A stretch of DNA of 64,000 nucleotides from an uncultured SAR86 cluster bacterium. Lineage in GTDB: Bacteria > Pseudomonadota > Gammaproteobacteria > Magnimaribacterales > D2472. The stretch is from assembly GCA_943788365.1 (NCBI GenBank), contig CALSPZ010000001.1, forward strand, positions 1,070,572 to 1,134,571. Direction: 5' to 3'. Below are positions 55,076 to 63,945 of this stretch, one piece after another. Under the pieces are notes generated by a model. That model saw only the letters and a list, made by a program, of their open reading frames with translations. It was not told where the DNA came from and did not search any database. The translations under genes were made by a program, and so were the position numbers. The stretch's first letter is position 1; each line of letters begins with the position of its first letter.

Positions 55076-57445
55076 TTAGTAGTTAAGAAGCGAATTATTA
55101 AACAATCTGGTTATATTATCAAAGGATGAATTAAAGCCTTTCAATTCAAAGCTTAAATTTAACCTGCTTTTGTTCTCAATATCTATAATATTATTCCAAG
55201 CATCATTTAGATATAGATAATTTATTTCATTATTCAAGCCAACATACTTTGATAATTCTTTGTCTGAATAGCTTAGTTGAATCCCAATACAGCAGTTTTG
55301 AAATCCTATGCCAAATAAACTCTCAATACTTGTATTAGTTTCATGATCTCTTTTTATTTTAGCTATGAAATCTAAATTTTTATTAATACCAATCTTTGCA
55401 AATACCTCGGAGTAATCCATGGGTATATTAAAATTTCCTGCCATTCTTCTATATCTTCTTGAATACCCAAAGGAGCCGTATTTGTTAGTTGTTTTCATAT
55501 TTGTGCCTCCTAACAAAATAGAATTATTTTTTTTATCTAGGCCGCTATACATCATCAGCATTGTATTTTTCTTAGGCATATAACTTGCCATAAACACTAT
55601 CGGTTCTGCATTCATGCCCATCATCATTGGGTTGTGAGATGGCATCTGCTCACTCACCTCGGCTTGATGCATCATTGGATTAACCCATACCCGGCGATCT
55701 CTGAGATATATCTTCTTTGATACATCCAATCTAAGCTTGTCCATGCCCATTTTTTTTGTTGTATAGGTGATCCCTATAGTATAAAAATTTTGATCTCCGA
55801 TTCTATCTAACCCTGAAAATCTAGAATTATTAAAAAGTTGATTATTTGCTGATAAATTGTCACTATCAAAAATAGGATTCATAGATTGATCTTCATATCC
55901 AACATATCCTAATGCAAGCTTTGGCTCTAAGATTTTAGTCAATCCTTTTTCTTTTTTAAAAAAAGTAGACCTTACTAATATATTTATATTAGGCACAGAT
56001 ATATCTTTAGTAGGACTATCCTTATTAACTAAATTATATGCAATATTCTGTATGCCAATTTGAGATGAAATTTTAAAATTCTTGTAGCTCGTGTAATTGC
56101 TTACTGAAGCTTCTGAAAATACTCTTGCCCCCTCATTAGGACTTTCATTTAAGAAAAGGTATTTCCCCATAATTTGATAACCATTAAAGCCATGTACTTT
56201 GCTAGCTGAAAATTTAGAGTAGTTTATTTTGTAATTAAAATTAAAATTATTAATTGTCTTTGCATATTCAAGATCTACCTCTGGTGACTTTGAATAACCA
56301 TTGGTTAGAAGAGGATTGAGGCTCTGATATGCTAAATGGCTTATAGTAAGATCGATATCTTCGAAATTGCTTTGAAAAACAACATTTTGTATTAAATTCT
56401 CTGCTCTTTGATTTCCTAAAGCTACTATATCGCCTGGGATATCTCTTAAAACCATAGAATCAGAGGCTTTTGACCATTCAAATGCAATATTACTTGAATC
56501 CCCAATACTGAAGTTGTCATTAAAAGCATAAGCCCATCTATCAACTTTTGGTGAATTAAACTCTTTTGAATACTCCTTATCTTTATTTAAATAGACTATG
56601 TCTAAATTTCCAAGAGCATTTTCTTTTCCATGCACATATCTAGCATTGAATTCTAAACCTACACCTCTTTTTGCGATCAATCTTGGGGCTAAAGTGAAGT
56701 CTGATTTCTCTGAAGTAACTTTGAAATAAGGTGCAAGAAAATCCATGCCATCTGAGGAGTATGACAGCGAAGGCTCTAAAAATCCTGACATACGATCAGA
56801 AGAGATTGCGAAAGGAACTATAGGTAGTATTAATATTTTCTTATTAAAAAGCTCTAAGGAAACATTCTTGGCAATCCCTCTTTTTGTTTCATTATTTAGT
56901 AAAATATTTTTAGCATTTAGAGCCCACCCATACTTTGGTTCACTACATGAAGTTATAGACGCGTTCGACATTTGAATATTTTTAACCATATCTCCATTTA
57001 GCTGTTCAAAAGATACTAATAGAGACCTTTCTGATAAAAACATACTGCCATTTGAAAGAGAAACATTCTGGTTGCCCCTATTAAAAGTGCCTTTCTTTGC
57101 ACCAAATAAAACATTCTCAAGAGAAATAACCCCCTCTGCTTCAAAAGAAATTAATTTGTTATCTCTATCGACATCTGCAGAACCAGCTTTAAGAACCCCT
57201 CCATCAAAGTCTATAATTACATCACCATTTAAGATAAGTTTATTGTCCTTTGTGATCTCAAATTCTTCTGATCTAATATCTAAATCTTTATTATCATCAA
57301 CACTGCCGAGATCAGGTAAATAATTAAAGCATGATAGTTGCGAATTTGTTGTATTTATAAGCTTATTGGTTATATCTGCAGCCAGACTCTGAGACTGCGC
57401 GATAATAATAAAAGTTATTATTGAAGTTTTATATATTATTTTCAT
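55076..57445 (-). CDS. lptD: LPS-assembly outer-membrane protein LptD
   Basis: Signal peptide, OstA N-domain and a large beta-barrel. It has four Cys in the E. coli pattern (two N-terminal plus a C-terminal CC in FQNCCIG). The lptD-surA-pdxA order is conserved. Confidence 0.9.
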   Translation of the reverse strand: MKIIYKTSIITFIIIAQSQSLAADITNKLINTTNSQLSCFNYLPDLGSVDDNKDLDIRSEEFEITKDNKLILNGDVIIDFDGGVLKAGSADVDRDNKLISFEAEGVISLENVLFGAKKGTFNRGNQNVSLSNGSMFLSERSLLVSFEQLNGDMVKNIQMSNASITSCSEPKYGWALNAKNILLNNETKRGIAKNVSLELFNKKILILPIVPFAISSDRMSGFLEPSLSYSSDGMDFLAPYFKVTSEKSDFTLAPRLIAKRGVGLEFNARYVHGKENALGNLDIVYLNKDKEYSKEFNSPKVDRWAYAFNDNFSIGDSSNIAFEWSKASDSMVLRDIPGDIVALGNQRAENLIQNVVFQSNFEDIDLTISHLAYQSLNPLLTNGYSKSPEVDLEYAKTINNFNFNYKINYSKFSASKVHGFNGYQIMGKYLFLNESPNEGARVFSEASVSNYTSYKNFKISSQIGIQNIAYNLVNKDSPTKDISVPNINILVRSTFFKKEKGLTKILEPKLALGYVGYEDQSMNPIFDSDNLSANNQLFNNSRFSGLDRIGDQNFYTIGITYTTKKMGMDKLRLDVSKKIYLRDRRVWVNPMMHQAEVSEQMPSHNPMMMGMNAEPIVFMASYMPKKNTMLMMYSGLDKKNNSILLGGTNMKTTNKYGSFGYSRRYRRMAGNFNIPMDYSEVFAKIGINKNLDFIAKIKRDHETNTSIESLFGIGFQNCCIGIQLSYSDKELSKYVGLNNEINYLYLNDAWNNIIDIENKSRLNLSFELKGFNSSFDNITRLFNNSLLNY

Positions 57446-57497
57446 TAAAATGGCTTTACCTAAAATTTAGATAGAATTTTTACAAGAAAGTTCTTTT

Positions 57498-58094
57498 TTA
57501 AGTTTTTAATGCATCTTCCAATTGATCAAGATGATCTTTACCAAAAAAGATTTCATCTTTATATATAAATGTTGGTACCCCAAAAACTCCTTTATCTACG
57601 GCATTTTGAGTATTTTTTATAAGTTCATCTTTGCAAGCTTGAGATGAGATAATTTCTTTTATCTTTAAATCATTTAACCCATTTTTTTTCAGAGTTTCAA
57701 AAAAATTCTCTTCATTGGCTAAATCTATATTTTGTTCCCAAACTGCTGAAAAAATACATTCTAAATAAGCATCTAAAATATTTAGCTGTTTTGCAGCTAT
57801 TGCACCACGCTGGATGGCTACAGTTTTCATTGGAAAGTTTGAGTTAAACTTAAAATTTACAAGATTGTGTTTCTTTATAAATCTATCCATTTCAATCATT
57901 TGATACTTCATTTTACTTTCAACATCTGAGAAAGCTACGAAAGGAGGTTTGTTATTTGTTAAATGCATAATGCCACCAAGCAAACAGGGGATATAGTTAA
58001 ATATAACTCCTGTTTTTGATTCAAAAGCAGGGATAATTTTATGAACGAAATATGCGTTAGGGCTTGCAACATCAAAGATAAAGTCTACTTTCAT
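57498..58094 (-). CDS. DsbA-fold 2-hydroxychromene-2-carboxylate isomerase family protein
   Basis: 198 aa. It has the N-terminal DVASPNAY pattern and the C-terminal GVFGVPTFIYKDEIFFGKDHL typical of HCCA isomerase/FrnE-like proteins. Confidence 0.75.
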   Translation of the reverse strand: MKVDFIFDVASPNAYFVHKIIPAFESKTGVIFNYIPCLLGGIMHLTNNKPPFVAFSDVESKMKYQMIEMDRFIKKHNLVNFKFNSNFPMKTVAIQRGAIAAKQLNILDAYLECIFSAVWEQNIDLANEENFFETLKKNGLNDLKIKEIISSQACKDELIKNTQNAVDKGVFGVPTFIYKDEIFFGKDHLDQLEDALKT

Positions 58095-58141
58095 TTTTAC
58101 CTACAATTTTGTAAAGTGGAATAAAACAATTAAACACTTTT

Positions 58142-58882
58142 ATGAAAGATTTATCAAAGTTTTCAGCAGTCATCATAGGCGCTGGCGATGCCACAGGTTC
58201 AGCAATTACAAAGAAATTTGCATCAAAAGGTTACAAAGTATGTCCAGTGAGAAGACCTAAAAGTATTTCTAAATTAAATAATCTTTGCGATGAAATCAAT
58301 CAATCGGGAGGATATGCGAAAGGCTTTGGTGTTGATGCAAGAAGTGAGGATGAAATTATTAATCTATTTAGGGAAATAGAATCGTCAATAGCACCTATTG
58401 ATGTTGTTATTTTCAACCCAGGAGCAAATGTTTACTTTCCTATAGAAGAAACAACCTCAAGAGTTTATCGAAAGGTTTGGGAGATGGCTGCATTTGCAGG
58501 ATTTTTATCTGGAAGAGAGGCTGCTAAATATATGAAGAAAAGAGGCCACGGCAGTATATTTTTTACTGGTGCAACAGCATCGTTAAGAGGTAGCTCTGGA
58601 TTCTCTGCATTTGCGGGAGCTAAATTCGCATTAAGAGCTTTAGCACAAAGTATGGCAAGAGAGCTTGGTCCAGAAGGAATTCATGTTGCTCACTTTATTA
58701 TCGATGGAGCAATAGATACTCAATTTATTAAAGAGATGTTTCCTGACACATATGCTCTTAAAGATAAAGATGGCATTCTTAAACCTGACATGATTGCAGA
58801 AAATTATTGGAATATTCATTCTCAGCATAGAAGTGCCTGGACGCATGAGCTAGACTTAAGACCATACATGGAAAAATTTTAA
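58142..58882 (+). CDS. Short-chain dehydrogenase/reductase (SDR)
   Basis: Rossmann motif IIGAGDATGSAI, the NPGAN variant and catalytic AFAGAKFALR. 246 aa. Confidence 0.7.
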   Translation: MKDLSKFSAVIIGAGDATGSAITKKFASKGYKVCPVRRPKSISKLNNLCDEINQSGGYAKGFGVDARSEDEIINLFREIESSIAPIDVVIFNPGANVYFPIEETTSRVYRKVWEMAAFAGFLSGREAAKYMKKRGHGSIFFTGATASLRGSSGFSAFAGAKFALRALAQSMARELGPEGIHVAHFIIDGAIDTQFIKEMFPDTYALKDKDGILKPDMIAENYWNIHSQHRSAWTHELDLRPYMEKF

Positions 58883-58918
58883 TAAACTAATTCAATTCAT
58901 ATTATATAAGGATAAAAA

Positions 58919-59776
58919 ATGAGCTTAAAAGATAAGGTAATATTTATGTCAGGTGGTAGCAGAGGTATTGGCCTAGCAATGGCCAAAAAAGCTGCTAAAG
59001 ATGGGGCTAAGATAGTAGTAGCAGCCAAAACATCAGAGCCTCATCCAAAGCTTCCAGGAACAATCTTTACCGCAGCTGAAGAAATTATTGAGATTGGTGG
59101 AGATGCTCTTCCTGTAGTGTGTGATATAAGAAATGAGGATAATGTTAGAGATGTGGTGAATCAAGCGGTCGAGCATTTTGGAGGCATAGATATTTGCATT
59201 AATAATGCATCTGCTATTCAACTAACAAATGTTACAGATACAGCAATGAAGCGTTATGACCTAATGCATCAAATTAATGGAAGAGGCACCTATATGGTCA
59301 GCAAATACTGCCTTCCTCATTTAATGAAATCTCAAAATCCGCATATATTGAATTTATCACCACCTTTGGATATGAGCCCTAAATGGTTTTCAGGAACTGT
59401 TGCATACACTATGGCAAAATATACGATGAGCATGTGTGTCTTAGGCATGGCTGAAGAATTTAAAGAGTTCGGCATAGCAGTTAATGCTCTTTGGCCTAGA
59501 ACTGCCATTGCTACAGCAGCAGTTCAAAATCACTTAGGAGGAGATGAGATAATGAGGCTATCAAGAAATGTAGACATTATGGCTGATGCAGCATATGAAA
59601 TTCTCACAAAGAGCTCAAAAGAATTTACTGGAAATTTCTGTATAGATGATTTAGTTCTTCATAATGCAGGAGTAAAAGATTTTACAAAATATGCCAATGT
59701 TCCTTTTGCAGAATTAATGCCTGACTTTTTTGTTCCTGACGACACTCCAGTGCCAGAAGATGTTAAAAACAGTTAA
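58919..59776 (+). CDS. SDR family oxidoreductase (HSDL2-like)
   Basis: SGGSRGIGLAMA, AAKT..PHPKLPGTIFTAAEEI, NNASA and YTMAKY, the pattern of the HSDL2-type SDR subfamily. Confidence 0.75.
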   Translation: MSLKDKVIFMSGGSRGIGLAMAKKAAKDGAKIVVAAKTSEPHPKLPGTIFTAAEEIIEIGGDALPVVCDIRNEDNVRDVVNQAVEHFGGIDICINNASAIQLTNVTDTAMKRYDLMHQINGRGTYMVSKYCLPHLMKSQNPHILNLSPPLDMSPKWFSGTVAYTMAKYTMSMCVLGMAEEFKEFGIAVNALWPRTAIATAAVQNHLGGDEIMRLSRNVDIMADAAYEILTKSSKEFTGNFCIDDLVLHNAGVKDFTKYANVPFAELMPDFFVPDDTPVPEDVKNS

Positions 59777-60739
59777 TTGAATCAGGAGAACTTAAAAGAT
59801 TTAGTAAAACAGCTTGGTTTAAATGCTGTTGAAATAACTTCTTTAAAGCTTGAAGCTAGCGGAAGAGAATATTATCGTTTACATTTTAGCGATAGTGAGT
59901 CATTGGTCCTATGCTATCTAGACCCAGTCTCTGGAAGCCATGAAAAATTTGTAATGCTTTCTGAATTTCTTCAAAGATCAAACATACCATCACCAAAAAT
60001 TTTAACTTATGATGCTGCGATTGGTGTGACTATACAAGAAGACCTAGGAGATACATCATTATTAGATTTTGATATGTCACAAAAAGGCAATCTGCTTAAG
60101 TTAGACGAGGCAATTTCAATCTTAGCCAAACTTCAACAGGCCATGATTCCTCAGCTACCATCATTAGATACATCTTCACTTTCGATACAAATGAACATGA
60201 TGAAAGAAGTTTTCTTGAATAGTTTTCTTGATATATCTCTAAATTTTGAAATCGACAGACTTCGTGATGAAGCTATAGAAAAACTTCAAGAACAGCCATG
60301 GATGAATTGCCATTTTGATTTTGAAAGAAGAAACCTTCATTTCAACAAAGATAATCAATTATGTATTATAGACTTTCAAGACCTAACTCATGGACCAATT
60401 GGGATAGATTTAGCTGGCATATTGATAGATCATTACCAACCTTTGCAAAAAAAAGAAGTTTTAAACAAGTTAGATTTTTATAAAAAAGAACTAGATCTTG
60501 ATGTTGACAGCAATGATATCTATGAATGGCTTAGATGGGGAGGGATTCAGAGAGGAATGAGAATTCTTGGGACATTGCCATATATATATTTTAATTCTGG
60601 AAGGTCATATAGACTTAAAGATCTTCCACAAATATTAGATAATTTTATTAATCTTATTCCAAATAGTTACGATATATTAAAAAAAGAATTAGAAGAGAAT
60701 GTAAAAACAAAAATGATAAATAGGCTAGATAAGTTATGA
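59777..60739 (+). CDS. amgK: APH-fold kinase, anomeric MurNAc/GlcNAc kinase AmgK-like
   Basis: The TTG start directly abuts the upstream stop. It has the kinase-fold motif HFDFERRNLHF...IIDFQD. The assignment rests mainly on the 4-nt-overlapping murU partner and proximity to lptD, as in Pseudomonas. Confidence 0.6.
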   Translation: MNQENLKDLVKQLGLNAVEITSLKLEASGREYYRLHFSDSESLVLCYLDPVSGSHEKFVMLSEFLQRSNIPSPKILTYDAAIGVTIQEDLGDTSLLDFDMSQKGNLLKLDEAISILAKLQQAMIPQLPSLDTSSLSIQMNMMKEVFLNSFLDISLNFEIDRLRDEAIEKLQEQPWMNCHFDFERRNLHFNKDNQLCIIDFQDLTHGPIGIDLAGILIDHYQPLQKKEVLNKLDFYKKELDLDVDSNDIYEWLRWGGIQRGMRILGTLPYIYFNSGRSYRLKDLPQILDNFINLIPNSYDILKKELEENVKTKMINRLDKL

Positions 60740-61410
60740 AAGCAATGATACTTGCAGCTGGCCTAGGCAAAAGATTGAGACCGCTTACCAATACTGTACC
60801 AAAACCTAATTTAATGGTTGGAGATAAATCTCTTATACAAAGAAATATAGAAAAATTGATAAGCTCTGGATTCAAAGAAATAGTTATAAATATCTCTCAC
60901 CTAGGGCATAAAATTAAAGAGCATGTCTGCGAGAATTTTTCTGATATAGAAATTTCTTTTTCGGAGGAATCAGAGCCTCTTGGCACAGGTGGCGGGGTCA
61001 AAAAAGCTCTTAATTTATTAGGTGAAGAACCTTTTCTCCTTCTCAATGCTGATATCTATCATTTAATTGATTTAAATATAGCTCATCATGATGTCGAATT
61101 TGCCCATATTATTGGAGTCCCTAACCCAGAGCATAACCTTAAAGGCGATTTTTCACTTGATGGCACTAAGGTGTCGATAAAGAAGAATTCAAATAATGAA
61201 TTTACCTGGAGCGGCATATCAATAATAAATCCTGTTATTTTTAATGATACAAATAATCTAATTGCGCCATATAGTATTTGGGGATCTGTAATAAAAAAAT
61301 ATATACAAGATGCAAAGGTAACAGCAGAAATATCACAAAAAACATGGATAGATACTGGAACTATTGACCGCCTAGGCCTTGCCAATAAATCATTTAAAGA
61401 AGAGAATTAA
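60736..61410 (+). CDS. murU: N-acetylmuramate alpha-1-phosphate uridylyltransferase MurU-like nucleotidyltransferase
   Basis: MKAMILAAGLGKRLRPLT (NTP-transferase G-rich loop), 224 aa, paired with the amgK-like gene. Confidence 0.7.
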   Translation: MKAMILAAGLGKRLRPLTNTVPKPNLMVGDKSLIQRNIEKLISSGFKEIVINISHLGHKIKEHVCENFSDIEISFSEESEPLGTGGGVKKALNLLGEEPFLLLNADIYHLIDLNIAHHDVEFAHIIGVPNPEHNLKGDFSLDGTKVSIKKNSNNEFTWSGISIINPVIFNDTNNLIAPYSIWGSVIKKYIQDAKVTAEISQKTWIDTGTIDRLGLANKSFKEEN

Positions 61411-61413
61411 TAT

Positions 61414-62079
61414 ATGGATAAAAAAAATATAATTGCGCCTTCTATACTAGCTGCTAATTTTGCAACTCTCGGTGATGAGGTTAAAAATGTTCTCAAGGCA
61501 GGAGCAGATTGGATTCATTTCGATGTAATGGATAATCATTACGTGCCTAATTTAACTATTGGACCTATGGTATGCAAATCTCTTCGAGACTATGGAGTAA
61601 AAGAATTTATCGATGTTCATTTAATGATTGATCCAGTAGACAATCTTGCTCAAGATTTTATCAAAGCGGGAGCGGACCTGATTAGCTTCCATCCCGAAGC
61701 ATCAAAGCATGTTCATAGATCTATTAGCGCAATAAAAGAAGCTGGCTGCAAAGCTGGACTTGTTTTTAATCCAGCAACTCCTCTAAGTATTCTAGATAAT
61801 GTTATAGAAGATTTGGATCTTGTTTTGATCATGAGTGTAAATCCTGGATTTGGTGGACAGTCTTTTATTCATAGCTCTTTAGAGAAGGTAGCAATAGTTA
61901 GACAGATGATTGATGCTACAGGTAAGGATATCCGTCTAGAAATTGATGGCGGCATCAATAATGAGACTATTGGGTTGGCATCTGAGGCAGGTGCAGATAC
62001 CTTTGTAGCAGGATCAGCAATTTTTAATACCGAAGATTATGAGAACACCATTTCAACACTTCGCTCTAAGATTATTTAA
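61414..62079 (+). CDS. rpe: Ribulose-phosphate 3-epimerase
   Basis: [17 protein letters not shown]...[12 protein letters not shown]...[12 protein letters not shown]. Confidence 0.95.
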   Translation: MDKKNIIAPSILAANFATLGDEVKNVLKAGADWIHFDVMDNHYVPNLTIGPMVCKSLRDYGVKEFIDVHLMIDPVDNLAQDFIKAGADLISFHPEASKHVHRSISAIKEAGCKAGLVFNPATPLSILDNVIEDLDLVLIMSVNPGFGGQSFIHSSLEKVAIVRQMIDATGKDIRLEIDGGINNETIGLASEAGADTFVAGSAIFNTEDYENTISTLRSKII

Positions 62080-62482
62080 ATTCACTTGGCTTTTCTTATT
62101 TGTCTTACCGGGCAATGCATCTGATAAAATTAGCTTAGACCAATATCTAACTAAAATAGATATAGCCGACACCTTTAACAAAAGAAAAAAAGGCCTAATG
62201 TTTAAAAAAAGTATACCAGGCGACTATGGTATGTTTTTTATTTGGAATTCTTCCAAAATACAATGCATGTGGATGAAAAATACATTTGTTCCATTAAGTG
62301 TTGCTTATATAGATTCTCAGGGAAAAATAATTGATATATATGATATGGTGCCATTATCCAAGGCATCAATTTGCTCAAGCAAGCCTTTACCTTACGCTCT
62401 TGAAGTAAATAAGGATTGGTTTAATGATAATAATATCAATATTGGCGATACTATAGATCTAAAAAATATTTTAAAAAAATGA
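62039..62482 (+). CDS. DUF192 family secreted protein
   Basis: Signal-like N-terminus, RKKGLMF...GMFF...[16 protein letters not shown] and [10 protein letters not shown], matching the DUF192 pattern. It overlaps rpe by 41 nt, with no alternative ATG. Confidence 0.65.
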   Translation: MRTPFQHFALRLFKFTWLFLFVLPGNASDKISLDQYLTKIDIADTFNKRKKGLMFKKSIPGDYGMFFIWNSSKIQCMWMKNTFVPLSVAYIDSQGKIIDIYDMVPLSKASICSSKPLPYALEVNKDWFNDNNINIGDTIDLKNILKK

Positions 62483-63945
62483 TTACTAAAGATGAGTTTT
62501 CTAATTATGTGAATCAAGGTTTTTCTATGATTCCTATAGTAAAGAAATTATCGATTAAAAATGAAACTCCTTTAACAATATACTCAAGGTTAAATGGGAT
62601 TAAAAATACTTTCCTGCTTGAGTCTGTGGAGGGGGGTGAGAAATGGGCTCAGTACTCTATCATAGGCTTAGATTGTATAGAGACGATAAAGGTCTCTGGA
62701 AAAAAAGTTGAAAGCATATCTAATGGCATCACCAATTCATTCATTTCAGATGATCCATTAAACAGTATAAGAAAACTAACTAAAAATTATAAAGCTCCAT
62801 ATATAAAAGATTTACCAAGATTCTTTGGAGGTTATGTCGGCTTTTTTGCATACGAAAGCGCTGGTTATGCAGAGGCAAAAATTGGAGATCTTCCGGCTAA
62901 AAGCTCTAAGTTTAAAGATCATATGCCTGAGATATATCTTGTTAAAGCAGAAAAGCTAATAGTGTTCGATAATATAGAAAAATCCATTCAGATTATTTTT
63001 AATACCGAACCAAAAGATAATTGTTATGAGGATGCTTTAGATCAGATCTCAAAGATAGAAAACGTTTTTAACTCTAAGCCTAAAGACCAAAATATAGGCT
63101 TTAAGAAACCAAAAGGAGAGATAAATTTCAATTCTAATTTTAAAAAAGAAGAATATTTAAATGCTGTAAATACAGTGAAAGATTATATTAAAGAAGGCGA
63201 TGTTTTTCAGGTTGTTTTGGCCCAAGACTTTTCACTACCATTCAATTCTGATCCATTTATGCTTTATAAGGCTCTCAGGGAATTAAATCCATCTCCATAT
63301 ATGTATTTCTTGAATCTTGATGAATGCCAGGTTGTTGGCGCTTCCCCAGAAATACTTGTTAGATTAGAGGATAATGATTTAACTTTAAGGCCTATAGCAG
63401 GAACAAGAAAAAGGGGTGTTGATGATATTGAAGATAAAAAAAACGAACTAGATCTTTTAAGCGATCCCAAGGAATTGGCTGAGCATTTAATGCTTATTGA
63501 TCTTGGAAGAAATGATGTTGGCAGAGTTTCTAAATTAGGGTCAGTTAGAGTCACCGATAAAATGATCATTGAAAAATACTCGCATGTTATGCATATAGTC
63601 TCAAATGTGGTGGGCAAAATATCTGATCAATTTGATTACATAGACGCTATGAAGTCAGCTCTTCCTGCAGGCACTTTATCAGGGGCTCCAAAGATAAGAG
63701 CTATGGAAATTATTAACGAAATTGAACCGAGCTCAAGGGGAATATACGGAGGTGCTATTGGTTATATTTCATGGAATGGAAATATTGATACAGCAATAGC
63801 GATAAGAACAGCGGTAATCAAAGATGATGTAATTCATGTAGGGGCAGGGGCAGGCATAGTAGCTGATTCCATTCCTGAAAATGAATGGAATGAATGTAAG
63901 CAAAAAGCAAAAGTCTTTTTAGATGCCTTGGAGATGATTGAATGA
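62479..63945 (+). CDS. trpE: Anthranilate synthase component I
   Basis: LLESVEGGEKWAQYS, SPYMYF, GTLSGAPKIRAMEII, GIYGGAIGY. Confidence 0.95.
   Translation: MITKDEFSNYVNQGFSMIPIVKKLSIKNETPLTIYSRLNGIKNTFLLESVEGGEKWAQYSIIGLDCIETIKVSGKKVESISNGITNSFISDDPLNSIRKLTKNYKAPYIKDLPRFFGGYVGFFAYESAGYAEAKIGDLPAKSSKFKDHMPEIYLVKAEKLIVFDNIEKSIQIIFNTEPKDNCYEDALDQISKIENVFNSKPKDQNIGFKKPKGEINFNSNFKKEEYLNAVNTVKDYIKEGDVFQVVLAQDFSLPFNSDPFMLYKALRELNPSPYMYFLNLDECQVVGASPEILVRLEDNDLTLRPIAGTRKRGVDDIEDKKNELDLLSDPKELAEHLMLIDLGRNDVGRVSKLGSVRVTDKMIIEKYSHVMHIVSNVVGKISDQFDYIDAMKSALPAGTLSGAPKIRAMEIINEIEPSSRGIYGGAIGYISWNGNIDTAIAIRTAVIKDDVIHVGAGAGIVADSIPENEWNECKQKAKVFLDALEMIE

Noticed and set aside
2108-63617. The remaining short ORFs in the six-frame track that are nested inside larger genes. 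Examples: 2108-2353, 4357-4608, 5376-5639, 6742-6954, 7637-7825, 10322-10534, 11697-12002, 13488-13685, 14803-15216, 15447-15701, 17737-17940, 22540-22722, 24177-24428, 25516-25782, 27055-27273, 27316-27552, 30306-30506, 32127-32337, 32706-32930, 34147-34395, 34574-34958, 36078-36758, 37545-37796, 39012-39290, 39865-40068, 40685-41215, 41602-41838, 43146-43349, 45760-46011, 46295-46480, 49529-49894, 50667-50849, 51121-51546, 52118-52486, 53969-54151, 56745-57323, 58640-58846, 59033-59221, 60654-60875, 61086-61385, 63264-63617.
   Set aside because: Each is fully overlapped by a longer ORF with recognisable family motifs, on the other strand or in another frame. None has a convincing SD or recognisable domain.
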